A stretch of DNA of 64,000 nucleotides from Klebsormidium nitens (GCA_000708835.1 DF237215.1:822-64821), one strand, 5' to 3'; positions 22,893 through 43,512 are shown, counted from the stretch's first letter. Translations and numbers: made by a program. Notes: generated from the sequence alone by a model not told the origin.

Positions 22893-24913
22893 TTAACACA
22901 CTCTAGCCGGTAAGCGCACGCAGCCGCCAGTCGAGATTGTCTTCATCAGAGTTCTACGGGATCCGAAAGCTACTAGGACTGAATGCAAAATCGTAGAAAG
23001 TTCTAGGCAACTAGTGCCAATCCTGGCCAACGAGTGCTTTTTTGATGACCCATGCAAGTTCGACAGTACGCACAGAGGTTCCCCTAAAGCCGTGTCATCA
23101 CTCCTCGACATTGATAAGCATACCCTTCTCCGTCAGCAAGCAGCTCTTCCGTGAGCTTATAGGAGACTGCAGCTCTTGCAGTTGACGATCCTGCGCAACG
23201 AAATACTCAAGTTTCAAACACCAACCTGGAAGCGACTGGGAGATTGCAGAAGATGAAAATCCGGGTGACTTGAAATTTAGCTATGCGTGGCCGCCATGTA
23301 TTACTTGTCATAATATCTCTTCATACGGTGTGCTACGTGAGATGTGGCGAGAGATGACCAGCCCAAGAAGAGAATTGATGGAATGAAAGCCTCAATTTTA
23401 CCTTGATTTCTCTGTCTACCAAGAGCAGCTTGATGAGCAGCTCCATCTCAGTCTCGCCGTCTACTTCTGCAAGCAAGAGAACGATTCTATTGTCGATGCT
23501 TGAGAGGCTTTGGATTCAGATTGCTCTTTGTTGGACGAACCCTTCCGTGAAACTTAACTAAGGGCCCGCAAGTCGACTGTGAAGTTTTAGTCGCTTGTTC
23601 TTGACTCGGCAGATTGATGGCTAGCCAGGCAATCCGAGCGGGAAAGGTCAAAATAGATCTTCGTTTGGCGCAGCTTACCGTCCTCAGAGCCACACTCCAT
23701 ATCTGCCTCTGCGCCGTCTTGGGTTGTAGATTCTTGAGCGTGTGAGGGTAAGCAGATTGTCATGTCAAGACTGTCTTGGCCATCCACACTGATCGGTGAT
23801 CCAAAGCCGGAAAGCTCGTCTAGGCTATCTGTATCTTCATTTATGAAGTCTCTCCCAGTTGGTCCCCCACTGCTTGAAATCGCGCACTTCGCAAGTGTAT
23901 CAATCTGGATAGCAGAGCCGGGCAAAGCTGTTTGGTAAGCGAATCAGACGTCAAAAAAGACAGAAATTGCATCACTCGAAGTCACCTGCAGAAACTGATT
24001 TGGATCTGCATAATTAGAAAGAGACGGCCTTTTACGGACAGGCCTCTGTTCTTCGTTCTGCAAATCTGCTCTTGGCCGATGATATCACTATGTCACTCAC
24101 CATAGACTGTAGGTCTGCTTTCTTCCTCGTTATGATCTGTGCCATGTCGGAACACCTCTGTAACGCACAAAGGGGCGCAGACCTACTCAGAGCAATCCGA
24201 AGGACTGAATCTGTGATGAATACTATCAACAGCTCGCGAGGCTGCACCAGGACGTTACAAGGATAGGGCAGTTCATTGGAAGCAGGAAGAGATACGTAAA
24301 GACTTCAGGCCTTCTACTAGCTGATATTTTCTGCAATTAGCAACAAAATACGCACCTGCAATGTGTCGCGAGCCTGTTCACAAACCCAACAAGGAGTCAG
24401 CAACAATTGATTGTCCAGAATCTAGCTTTCTGTCAGGAAACCAAACATAGCCAAACTAGCAAGAGGATCTGCTTTCAAATAAGCTTGACGGACATGACAA
24501 GAGAGGCATCATGACAGCATTCGGTCAGGACGTTGTATTCTACCAAGCTGGTTTAAGCTGACGTGAAGCCCATCGGTTTGGTCCGGTGGCCGGCTAAAGC
24601 ATGCTCGAAATACGCAGTACAGAAGTACCTTGTAACTTTAGACAACCGCTTGACTCACCGACTGGATCTCTGCTCCTACTTTCCAGTGTGCTTCTGCGGA
24701 CTTCTGTGATCTAACGTCAACTGCAGTTGTTGAGATTGAAGAAGTGGGGGCTCCCTGAAAGTCGGTTTCTCGCTCGAGCGCCTCATTCGCAGCTAAACTC
24801 GGTGCAGCCTTGCTCATTCCAGTGTCCCCGTCCAGATTCTGAGCAGTCAGTGCATATGAACTTTGGGTCCCTTGCTCATTAGCGCCAGCTATTTCTACGA
24901 GCTCCATGATCAT
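22893..24913 (-). CDS. Multi-exon gene of unknown function; ends uncertain
   Basis: Several phase-compatible exons: ...GAEIQS|, |RCSDMAQIITRKKADLQSM|, |IDTLAKCAISS...ECGSED|, |EVDGETEMELLIKLLLVDREIK|, |DRQLQELQSP. Start and last exon not secure. Confidence 0.5.
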
Positions 24914-25905
24914 GTGCGCTGAAGGAGAAAAGCAGCACTCGCAATGCTAAACCACTTCTACGAAGAAAGCACGTTGACTAGTTCTGCATCATGAAGCACT
25001 TGTAAGATACAGCCATAGATTCCGCCATTTTCGAGGCTGCAGGCTACATGAGTGCTGCTTAGTCAAAAAACAGCGGCCTGGAAGATAAAGCACCATCTTT
25101 GATCGGCCCTCCCCGGAGTGTGCTTTGGAGCCACACCCAGACCACTGCCAGATCGACCAGCAAAGTTTGCGCTTGCCGCCTTTGCGTTGCGCGGCTTTGT
25201 GTTGCTTGCTGTTGGGGCGTCGCGGCCGCGATTCGATCCCGCGACGCCGCCCCCGACCGTGGCAAACTTGAAACCCTGCTGGACGCCCGTGGGCCGCCCG
25301 GGGCGTGACTGGATCGGACGTCCAAAGAGAAGTACGCGGACGGTCCAGTTCTATGTAAGTTTTGGACGGATCGAGATGACCGAATCTACTCGGCCGGTGA
25401 CTCGTACCGGCCGGGTATCTCCAGCCCGTAAATGCAGGCGGTATCGGCCGGTAGGTGCAAAATGAGCCATGCGATCGACCGGGGAAACCGCGCAGACTCC
25501 CAGTTCAGATTTTGCGGAAGTCGGTGCAGTATTTGACACCGTTGACTTGGTTCTGTCGTGGTGTAGAAGACGTTCTGACGTCTTGCTCTTGGCCCGTGCC
25601 ACAAGAAGGGTCGTCGACTACAGTGGGGAGCACTAGATCCGCACGCAATAACAGGACGCCGCACAGGCCACCATTATTTGGACAATTTGGGGGACGACAC
25701 CACTGCAAGACTTGCAGCTTGTCGCAGCGGTTCCCCTCAGTGGTTTCGGAGGGGCTCGCAAGAAGTGGATACACGTACGAGTAGCCGCTTAGACTCCTTG
25801 GTTATTCTATGCTTAGCGTGGTTCATGATCGATTAGAATTTTGTTGTTGCTGATGCTTTGTGAAAGGCCCGGTGAAACGCTAGTGCTGGTGCCGCCTTTG
25901 CAGCC

Positions 25906-28900
25906 ATGGACTTCGTTGATGCTCCCATCACCCGGCTCAGTTCTCTCCGTTCTTTGAAAACAGTGCCCAGCCTGAGCAGGGCCGAATATCGCTCAGGCCG
26001 TGAGGCGACTCCTTCTCAGCAAGAGCCTGATCAGAATGGGGATGTCGAAGTTGTGTACGACTCTCAAAAAGTTGCTGAGTTGCTGAAAGCAACACCAACA
26101 AAGAGAGGTGACAGTAGTTCTACTGCGCAGAACACCCCCCGTCAGGTCCTCCATAAGCTCAAGTCCGGGGATCACGGCTCGGCAGATAGAGATATAGTGG
26201 AAAACCTGAAGAAGCAGGTAGGACCAAGCTTGGTTGTCTGTGTTGGGGTGGTGATTGCCTCTGCCTAATGACATGTCCCTAATCACGAAGCCCCAGGGTT
26301 GGTCTGGAGGTCTTGAATCTACCTGCTTCCTGTTGATTTCCCATTGATCGACATTCAATTATATCTTTGCGTTTGTAACCCTGCTACAGAATTGAGTTCT
26401 CTTACGCTGTCTACTGCCAGATGTGCCACAATAGTTCAGCCAGCAACTCTAGCGAAAGACTTTTGGGGCTGTTCATCTTTCCTCTCCAGTTTTGTTGGTT
26501 CAACCAGGACATGAGTCCTCCTGTTTGCAGTCTGTATCTTGAGCACGAATTCAACTTTACAGACGGTAAATCTGATTCGCAGCCATGTCCGATGTCGGGA
26601 CACACAGAATTCCCGCCAAACAATCAGCACTAGAGTGCAAAGGGATTCCTGGTACCAACCAGACTTCTTTCGGTACCGGTTGCAGGTACTTATTCTCGAA
26701 AAGAAGCTGCAGGACCAAGAGTTGAACGGGACCCTGGCAGAAGGGACGAGCGCTCGCCTGCAGCTCAACGAATTCAAGGCCAGCGTGCAGAATGGACTCA
26801 AGACAGGGCTGCTGGAGCTGGAGCAGAGATACGAGGCAAGCCACGTTTCCTCTGAGATTTAGAGTTTCCAAACGCTTCTCTAATTCTCCGTGAGAGTGCA
26901 GTAGTTGAGGCAGAAGCAATGCGCTCTCCGTCTCTAGAGCGAGAAAGACAATCGAGGAGTGGGGTGCGCATCTTTCAAATGTGCCTCCTTTGTGGAAGTA
27001 TTGTGACGAGAACAGGGTGACGCTCCGGAGCCTAAAGGATTTGCAAGCAAAACGAGACTTACTAGTCGTTGGAAAGAAGCAAGAGAGATTAAAAGCTTGC
27101 CATGAGGCCTTCAATCAAAGTGAAGGACACAAATTCACGGAATTCGTATGATAAGCCGCTCAGCTTCTTATGGGAAACTCCTCTCGCAGAGAATCTTGGA
27201 GGGCATGGCCGAGTGCTTGACGGAGGAGCTGACGCGGATGCAGGATCACGTCATGCTGATGCAAGAACAGATTGACACCCAGAAGTCCATGCTGCAAAAG
27301 GTTGGGTCCTCGCGCTCTTAGTATAAAGTGGTTTGGAAGCAGCTCGTTCTTCGTTGTCACAGGTACCCGTTCTCCAGCTTACAAGCAGTATCCTGATCTG
27401 GCCGGATCGTTCGAAGCCTTACGAAGACCCTGCGATCTCACGGACTGTCGGCGTCTTCAAAGAACATGTTAGGATCTCGAGATCAGCACTGGTTGCAAAA
27501 GAGAATCGAAGAGGCCCTAGGTCGAGGTCCTTTTGAGAAAAAGGCTAAGAATCAAGCCCGCTATTTATGTGCCGCTTTCGAGCAGCGGCACGAACTTGAT
27601 CATCATCCGAGATGCACATAGAAATGGAACCGCTTTTTTCGTTGCCCTCACAGGTTATCCCAGACATGCAGAAGAAGATGGACCACGAAAAGACTTCCTA
27701 CTCGTAAGGTCCTTTGCGCCTCCTTTCAATCATTCTATGGGCTGTCGATCAGAACCATTGAGCTGGGGTTCGATTTCGCCTTCTTGTATCTGTTTCTGAG
27801 TCCAGGGATTCTTGCATCCAAGGCTGTCTTACCTCAGATTCCCTTCTCTCTATGAGGACTTTCCTACTTTCGAAAGGCCGTACATACAATTCTTATCAAG
27901 TGAGAAGCATCTCCGTTGTCGGCTCGGACGCTGGTCAGTACGCGCATCAAAGAGGAGCTTGCGCTGCGTCTCCGAAACGGGTCGGTAGAGCCCGCATGCT
28001 TCCTATTGCTTTAGGATCCTATCCGCGGGTACTTCCGCCACTGAAGCTTTGAACCAGAAGCTGACTCGATAATGTTCTCAAACGCGATTTCGCGCTTTCG
28101 GATCCACTGAACCAGACTCGTCTTTGCGTGCAGCCTCGTCCAGAAGTCCATGCGAGACAGCAAGCAGCAGCTTCAAGAGGCTATCGCTCAACAGAACAAA
28201 TCGGTGGGTTCCCATATCGTCGGCAGCAGATAGTTGCTGCTTGTTCCCAGGGCTCGATCTCTGCCGTCTCGAGTTTCTTGCATTGGACGATATGGAACAA
28301 CACGTTTTCAGGAACGTACAACTTAAACATCAAGCAAGTGAGTCTTCATTCAAGGGAATGTTGTGACTTTGATTGTTGAGCTGGAACGCGCGGGCCGGAA
28401 ACTTTCTCAAGCTGGTTTACAGAGGAAAAAGCTTGAAAAAGCTTCGTCCTTTGGTAGAATAGCGTTTTGTAGGTGGTCTGGGGAGTGAGCTACGATGTCT
28501 CTTAAGTGGATCTGGTTTTTCCGCGACAGCAACATGCGACTCACCCGGCGCAAACCTCCTTTTCTTCCTCCGCGCAGAACCAGGACCTCCGTGACCGGAT
28601 CGAGATGTTGGAGAAGGAGCAACACGAGAATAGCCTCAATCTGTTTGGGGTAAGGCAACATTGGAGCCACACCTTGAGCAGTACGAGTTTGCGTTCCAGA
28701 TTTAGCATCTTCCTATCCTCGTCTTCACTCTTTGATATCTCAGCAGCGGCCGACTGCCTTCTTTGTGGACTTCTCCTGATACGCATAATTGCGTTGATTG
28801 TGGACGACGCGGGTGCCTCTCCTCAAAACTCGTCCGCCCGGCCTTTGCAGATCTTCCTTCAAGAGACCCTTTGCTGCTGCTTCGTCTCGCGGAGACGATA

Positions 28901-28928
28901 CAAGTCCCCAATTTGGGATCGGGACTAG
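25906..28928 (+). CDS. Coiled-coil protein, about 294 aa; exons 25906-26217, 26686-26835, 27190-27300, 27654-27703, 27939-27980, 28134-28203, 28578-28649, 28851-28928
   Basis: The joined CDS is 885 nt and in frame, with heptad-like segments (LEQRYERILEGMAECLTEELTRMQ; NQDLRDRIEMLEKEQ) and a C-terminal LCCCF. Intron 2 is best fit by a GC donor. Confidence 0.8.
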
Positions 28929-29511
28929 GCTTTGTCCTAAACGTGTACCGCAACTTACTAGATCAGAGCAAGGCCTTCTGAGCTAGCTAGCACTCTAGAA
29001 GCAGGAAGAAAGGTCGTGTATTAATTGCAATGATTAAATCGATGGATTGCGAACCTTCCTCTTACTGAGGTTTACTGCAAAACTATGATGAGAACCATGC
29101 CAACTCATGTCAAGTTCCGTCACTACCTCAAAAGTACCAGTTACTGCCTTTCCTACTCGTCACGGCGCACCTTGAACAAGAGTAAGATACATGACTTCGT
29201 GCGCTAAACGAAGAAAGCTTTTAGGTGCAACGTATCTCGCTGGTACAGTAACACTCAAAATCAGACGTTGCAATTGATGAAGTGCAGGAATAATGTGTCA
29301 AAGGCAACCAAAATGGTGTCGTGTCTGGCAGTTGCATCCAGACCGATCGAGAGAATAGGGATCAATCGTTGGTGCACTGGAGAGTTAAGATATACCGCAG
29401 CTGCTGATCGCGGCCAGGTTTACAATCATATACTATGGGATCAAACTTATTTGAATGTGCTACTGCCTTGCAGTTTATACGTCATCTGCAAGTCTCTGAG
29501 CTTCTACGAGT

Positions 29512-31846
29512 TCATTGCAAGATGCCGTCGCCATGACGGTTTCGAGCTCGATTGATCGACTCAACTAAGGCCTGGCTACATTCCGCTTTGAAGCGCTTGG
29601 TGAAAAAGGAGTTATGCAGCGGCCAATTTACGATGGACTCAGGCAGCTCTAGAAGAGCACTACAGCCGGCTAAATCAACGATGGATATATTGCACCAATC
29701 TCCTACGCAACTTGGCAAACATCTTATCCCCGTACAGTCCTTGAAGCTGATTACTTTCAGCTTTTTCCACTCCCTAACCGACTCGGGAAGACCCTCCAAA
29801 GCAGTGCACGCCTCGCGTCCTTCATAGGTGCCCAAGATCAGGTTACGGAGAGTGTGCCATGAGCCTACACTCTGAGGCAAGGCCCTCAACCGATTGCAAC
29901 CACTCAGAGTTGCCCACTCTAATGCCCTCCACTGGCCTACACTTTCTGGGAGGCACTTCAGGCCCGGACACGAAAGCTTGACGTCCTGCAAGCAGCCCCA
30001 CGAGCCTACGGTTTCTGGCAACTGCAGCAATTGGGAGCTGTTCAAGTAGAGGGTTTTCATTTTTTTCCAGGCTCCAACCGCGCTCTCTGGAAGCGTCTCA
30101 ACCTCCAAGCCGTTGATAGATAGCCTTTCGAGGTTGGTCCATCCTTCCGCGCTTTGTGGTAACGCTGCCATGCCGCCGAAGTACGCACACTGGAGGTTCG
30201 CCCAGGCCCCCACCTCTGACGGGAGAACCAAGTTCGTCTGACCCCTGTTATAAAATATCTTTCGCAGCTGCTTCCAATGGCCTGCTTCGCTGGGCAGCGA
30301 TATTTTACCTCTCACAGCTGACTACATCCAACAGCTCCAAACTCTTCCATCCCCTGACTCCAGCCGAAAGGTCTCGAAGCTTGCTGCATAGGTTAATATT
30401 TACCACTTGGAGCCGAACGCAACGCTCGACCGAGTCAGGAAGGTGGTCTATTCCAATCTGGAAGAGGGAGAGGCGAGTTAAGGATTCCCATGATTGGAAC
30501 CGCAGCGTCTGGAGCAGCGAAGCGCTGACACAAGCAGGCTCTTCTCTGTCTGGTGTTTCAGCTCGCAGTGTGCGCATAGATGAGCATTGCGACAAAGTCA
30601 GGACCTCCAGGGCGAACCACCCTTGCGCTCCTCCTGGCAGGGCTCTGAGCTTGTCGCACCTTGTGGTGCTTGCCGCTCTCAGATGAGACCAGCTACCAAC
30701 CCCCTCGGGAAGGGACTCGAGAGCAGCACAAGAGTAGACACTTAAATTCTCCAGATCTGTCCATCCAGCGACACTTTCTGGAAGATCGCGGATCTTGTCG
30801 CAGCAATCCAAGGTAAACCTGCGCAAGCTCCTCCATCCCGCCACCTCCAAAGGCAGCCTGACAAGTTGCTCGCACTTGCTGATTTCTGCAGATAGCAAGG
30901 ACCTCCATTCCCCGACAGCTGCAGGGAGCTCACGCAAGCTGACGCCATGTAATGAGATCATCGTCAACCGGTGCCAAGATCCTACAGCAGGTGGCAACTC
31001 TGTTACTCCGGGACACGACCACAGATGGAGCTTTTGCAGATTAGACCAGGCACGCACCTCCTTCGGAAGCGGCCTAAATATGGGTGCGTTGCGGATCTTA
31101 ACTCGCTTGATCTGCTTCCAAGACGAGACACCTCCAGGGAGACCCTTCAGATTGGGGCAAGAATCTAGCACCAACTCTTGAAGGCTTTTCCATTTCCCAA
31201 CCGCCTCAGCTGGAAACTCCGCAGCGGTCAGCTTTTCTAAGTTCAGAGACCGTAGACTTGTCCAAGACCTGCTTTCGGAAGGCAGTGCTTCGCAATGGAA
31301 CAGCTCCAAGTTCTGCAGATTTGTCCACCGTCTGACTTCCTCGGAAACCTGGTCAAAGTCGAATTCAAACTCGCCATGCTCTACCACCAGGCCCTCGAGC
31401 TGGTTCCAACCTTTCACATTGCTTGGCAACAATTGCAGCGTCTGCAGCTGGCGCTGAGGCGTTCCATTGGAATCGAAATGCAAATGCTTAATCAGGGTCC
31501 CGCTTAGGTCCAAATGATGTGTGACTCTCCTGAAAGTGGCTGCATGAGACACTGGCATTTGACTCTTTAATGTATAACTTTGCTCAAACAGAAGAGATTC
31601 GACGCGAGGAAAGACGCTCAAGAATCTGAACAAAACCTCCTCCATGTTTCGTTCATACTTGGGGCAGTCAATCCGCAAGCACCTTGTCGCCTCGCTCCCG
31701 ATCGAGCGCCAGTGCCTGCAAACCTGACGGAAGCTTCTCAACGAAGCCTTGTTATCAAACCCCTCGTCCAGCATGCCCGCTACTCGGAACAGAATATCTT
31801 CTGGCAACAGGTCGTTGATACAGGCGGCTTGGCTTTGAGAAGCCAT
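29512..31846 (-). CDS. F-box + about 24 leucine-rich repeats; one +1 frame break at about 30305 (1-nt indel or 64-nt intron)
   Basis: F-box INDLLPEDILFRVAGML...FRQVCRHWRSI follows the ATG at 31846. Repeats LPxxVGxWxxLxxLxLxxCxxL continue across ORFs 30305-32056 and 29512-30315. Confidence 0.85.
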
Positions 31847-32118
31847 TTTCGACTTACTACTACAAATGAGTTGTGTGAGAAGGAAGTCTCCTGCGCATGC
31901 GTTTCGGCGCGCGCGGCGATGCCGCGTCGCAGTCGCCGCGCCCGCCCGGATCCGCCAGTCGGACGGAACCACTGAGTTGGTAAACCCTCGTTTGAGGCCG
32001 GCCGCGCCCCTCAGGCCGACTGTTCGCCGTAGCGCGCCGCGCAAATTCTGAGTCACTCAGTCGGTACTGCAGAGAGCCAGACGTATTCGGTATTGATCCC
32101 CAACATAGAAGCCCAGCA
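31847..32118. promoter_or_regulatory. Candidate GC-rich bidirectional promoter between divergent F-box/LRR and membrane-protein genes
   Basis: Only 272 nt lie between the opposing ATGs, with dense CG content. Positional inference only. Confidence 0.45.
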
Positions 32119-33265
32119 ATGGCGGCGCATCACGAGGCTCGAGCTGCTTCCAGTCCTGGGGCCTTTTCCCTCTGCCTATTGCTGCTCCTTCCCTTATGGA
32201 GCTGCGCTGTTCAAGCCGGCGCTTCCAGCGACCTACCGGTCAGAGAGCTGTCACTCCCTGAGCCAGACTTGGTGAACAAAGTTATCTTCAGCAACTTCTC
32301 AAACTGGACAAACCCTCTGCTCGGAGGACAAACCCGTGCCCTCCAGATGGTTAAGTGCCGGTCTCTCTCAAGCGGGCCAGCGTATGATCTGTACCAGGTT
32401 CAATCTCCCAATAGGGGTTGCGAATACCCCCCCACCTTGGTGTACTCTGAGCATCATCAGGCAAGGACATCTGAGCAATGGCTGAAGATATTGGGTGTCT
32501 TTGTTTGTGTGGTTGTCGCGGGGGGGCTGGCAATCTCGGTGGGGCTACTCACTGTGGGGATGCTCATCACAATCGGCTTCGTATTCGTCGCCGCTGCTCT
32601 CTGCGGGGACGAAGCGTTCAAGCGCGATACCCTGGATGCATCTTCGCAAACTGAGAATATTGAGGATCTCCCACAAGCCTCTTGAGGAAGACACAACCGG
32701 GGCAGACTCAGCGACCCGCTCAACAGAGAGGAAAGCCCCCCATAGCAAGGACCCCGGGATTGTAATCATCTATTCGAGCCTTTTCGGCTTCTTCTGCCTC
32801 ATTGCGACTCCCTTGGCTTTTGGAGCGTCCTTCCAGGTAGCATACTGCTTCAATTACGTCAACACCGTTGAGCAGCTTGGCCCGGTTCATATCCCCGATC
32901 CCTCTCAGGGCCTCAACCAATACCTGTCCTCACAGCCAGAGGGGGCCAACCTGACCCTCAAACTGTGCTCCACCGACCGTCTAAACTTCTACATAGGCTT
33001 CCCCGGAGATTGTGCGCACCTGGGGGAGCCGTATGGCGACCGCCTGCCTTAGGAGCACAGAGATGCGGACGCCTGTCCGGGCCCCGTGTTTCGTACGCTT
33101 ATCCAAGTCAGCGCTTATACGACAGTTGTGCTCGTCGGTTTCGCCGTCTGTACTGGAATCGTTCGCCTCTTCAGATACTTGCTCGTGACGGGTTGCAAAG
33201 CCAAGGTTGTTCCTGCTACTGATAACAGGGGTAAGGAGCCAGAAGCTGAGGACTCTACGGTCTAG
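32119..33265 (+). pseudogene. Signal peptide + multi-TM membrane protein, disrupted by a frameshift (about 32660-32685) and an in-frame TAG (33050-33052), or spliced around them
   Basis: Three consecutive protein-like blocks: SP and TM (ILGVFVCVVVAGG...), TM and Cys loop (IVIIYSSLFGFFCLIA...), then, after the TAG in the same frame, TM (VSAYTTVVLVGFAVCTGIVRL) ending at TAG 33265. Confidence 0.55.
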
Positions 33266-34585
33266 TCCTAAGGCTGAGGTTAGGAAACGGTTTGGCTTTG
33301 CTTTGAGTTCTTCTCTTTTAGGTTAACCTCTACTTCCTTCAGAAGGCGTGCTTCCACAGTTCCGAGGCCGCTATTTTAGAAGTTCTGCAAGATTTGATCT
33401 GTCACAAGCTTGTTGAACATTCTATCTAGTCCCATCCCTGATAACATTCAGACGCACCGTTTATTCACCGCGCCCTGGCAGCCCGCATCATGCAAGCTAC
33501 ACGCTTGGCGAAAGCTCGAACCTTTTTGTAGAGCTGATTATAAGATTTGTCACTAAGGTCCAAACACGAGGAGCACGTTACGTGGCAAGCCTTTGAGTTC
33601 GTCAAAACCTACAACTGTGTCCGGGCCAGCTAGTCTCGAAATCTAGCACATCTGGAGACGCAGCCGCCACGCGCACTTTCGTGCACGGAGAGCTTCCTGA
33701 GTCGCTGTGGGGACGGTCCGCCTGGGCCGCTATGGTCCGATCAGCTTGATAACCTTGCACGTGCATGTTACCGCAAACTATAATAGCTGGCGAACTTCAG
33801 AAAGTGTGATCGCGACGTACGGCTGACTAAGTCTTAATTGATCTGCTGCTCAGATGCATGCACATCATTTGTTACAACTCGTTGCATGATGGTCACTTTT
33901 CATACTCGCCGTAGCCAATAGGCCATAGGCTTCTCATGGCATACACATGTATGAGTGTTAGTCCCTTGTGCCTCAGTGCTATCTCATGTTTAGCTACTTC
34001 GACTACGCTTCTACCAGCTGTTCTCAAATACGCTGTACCAACTACCTCTGACTAGACTTTGGCATCTACTTATTCGAGATCGACCTGGGCGTACGTGGAC
34101 AGTAGTCTAGAGATCGTGGTGGCCGAGCGGATAGGAAGAAGCTGGCATAGGCGAGTCGTCAGAAGAGGCTTGCAGAACCGGGCTGAGACTTGATCTAGGT
34201 AACACGCCGGGCCATTAAAAAATGCCTGCCCCGTACTTCATAGCTTAGGGGATCTTTTCAATGAGGGGAAAAAGGAACCGGCGGGGCACCTTATCACATA
34301 CCTCGGAATCCAGCACCAGGTACAACGGATAGAAAGTCATCTGCTGACAGCTGCCACTCCTCTGCCACTGGTGCTGAACAATGCAACAATGAACAGAAGA
34401 ATGCTGTCCCGTTTTAGCACCATGCAATAAAGGACGATCGAGGGAGGCAGTTCGAGAATAGGATGCGCTGCAGTGGGCAAGAAACTTAGATGACAAGGCT
34501 TGATACCGAATAAAAGTCAGTCCTTCTGGATGATTGCTAATAGAGGCTCTGCTCCGTGGTATGGAGTTTGGCCGAAGGCTTGCTA

Positions 34586-35262
34586 GGGCTTGGGCTTGGG
34601 CTTGGGCTATTGCTTGCCTGTAATGCAAAATCATGGGGGACATGTTAGAAACGATGACTCATGGTTCATAGAAGTGCAAGAAGCGACTTACGGTCGTGGG
34701 CAGCATGTAGAATGTATCGGCGGACTGCCGAGTCGAGGATAGGTGCACAGTAGTCATGCCAGTCAACTTCAGATCGGCCGAGCAGATACAACAATTGCAT
34801 CGAAGGTGGAGAATCATTAATAAGATGCCAAACGTTGGCAGAACCGGAGTGCAACAAGTTCCCTTGAATGTTCTGCCACATAATGGCACGGGACTTTTTA
34901 AAAGCAGAACAATGGAGCAGAAAGTGAGCTTCGTCTTCCAAAGAGTGACCGGGGCATAATCTGCAGGACTTGCGTGCGAGAACGGCTGCGGTCGGCGGAC
35001 CGTGGTGAATCCTTGCATTGAGACCAAAGTTGCCTGAGCGAAGATAGAATTTGAAAAGGGCAGATTTGCGATCATCTCGACCAAGATAAGTCTCACGACC
35101 GTAAATAGGTTTCACGCTGCGATACAGTTCGCGTGCCGGAATTTGTGCATGGGCATAATCGTCCAAATCAGGTGGCCGAGCATGATCCTGCATGCATGCA
35201 GCCACCGCGCACGCAATAATTTGACTCAGGCGCAGTGACTGCTTCGGGAACGGCATGTGCAT
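34586..35262 (-). mobile_element. 5'-truncated non-LTR retrotransposon (LINE) fragment, ORF2 C-terminus
   Basis: ORF 34666-35262 contains FYLRSGNFGLNARI...CRLCPGHSLEDEAHFLLHCSAF, the CCHC knuckle typical of LINE ORF2 ends. An (AAGCCC)n tract at 34586-34608 may be its tail. No TSD found. Confidence 0.75.
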
Positions 35263-35894
35263 GATCGGATCGATCGGCTGTAGCTCTGCTTTCCCGACAT
35301 GTGTGATGTCAGAAACTTGAGGAGTATTCGTTGATCGAGCTATAGCTGAAACTTAAAGCTCGGTCCACATGTTGCTGCAGCTCAAGTCTGGCCGCGAGCT
35401 AATGCGACCGTGCGCACGAAACGTCGCATCATCAGACAGCATCATTCAACCGTTGAAAGCTAGTTCCTGCACACTGGTCATAAGACTGTGCTAAGGCGCG
35501 AGAGAATCTGAAAGACGTTAGAGAAAAAGCCTTTGACGCTGTAACGGTGGACTTATATTGCTTGGTCGATCCAAGTCGGCCAACAATCGGGTGACACTGG
35601 CACAGGTTGTACAGATTAGGATGTTTCTTTACCTAAAGCGGAGCGTTATAACTAATGGCTGAGTAAATCTGCTGCATGGCAATGACCGACTATTTGAACC
35701 AAGCTTCAACGTCCTGACTCGCGAACACCGACGCAACTTGCCTGCTAAAACCCCGTGGCTCAGCCCACGAAGCCGATTCATATTTCCCGCGAAAACACAC
35801 TCGCCTATATGTGAACCTCTCACTCACAAACGAGCTCTCAGAAAGACCTTCTCTAAGAGGCCAGGACCTGTCTATCTAAGAACATCTCGTCGAA

Positions 35895-43512
<7,618 letters not shown>

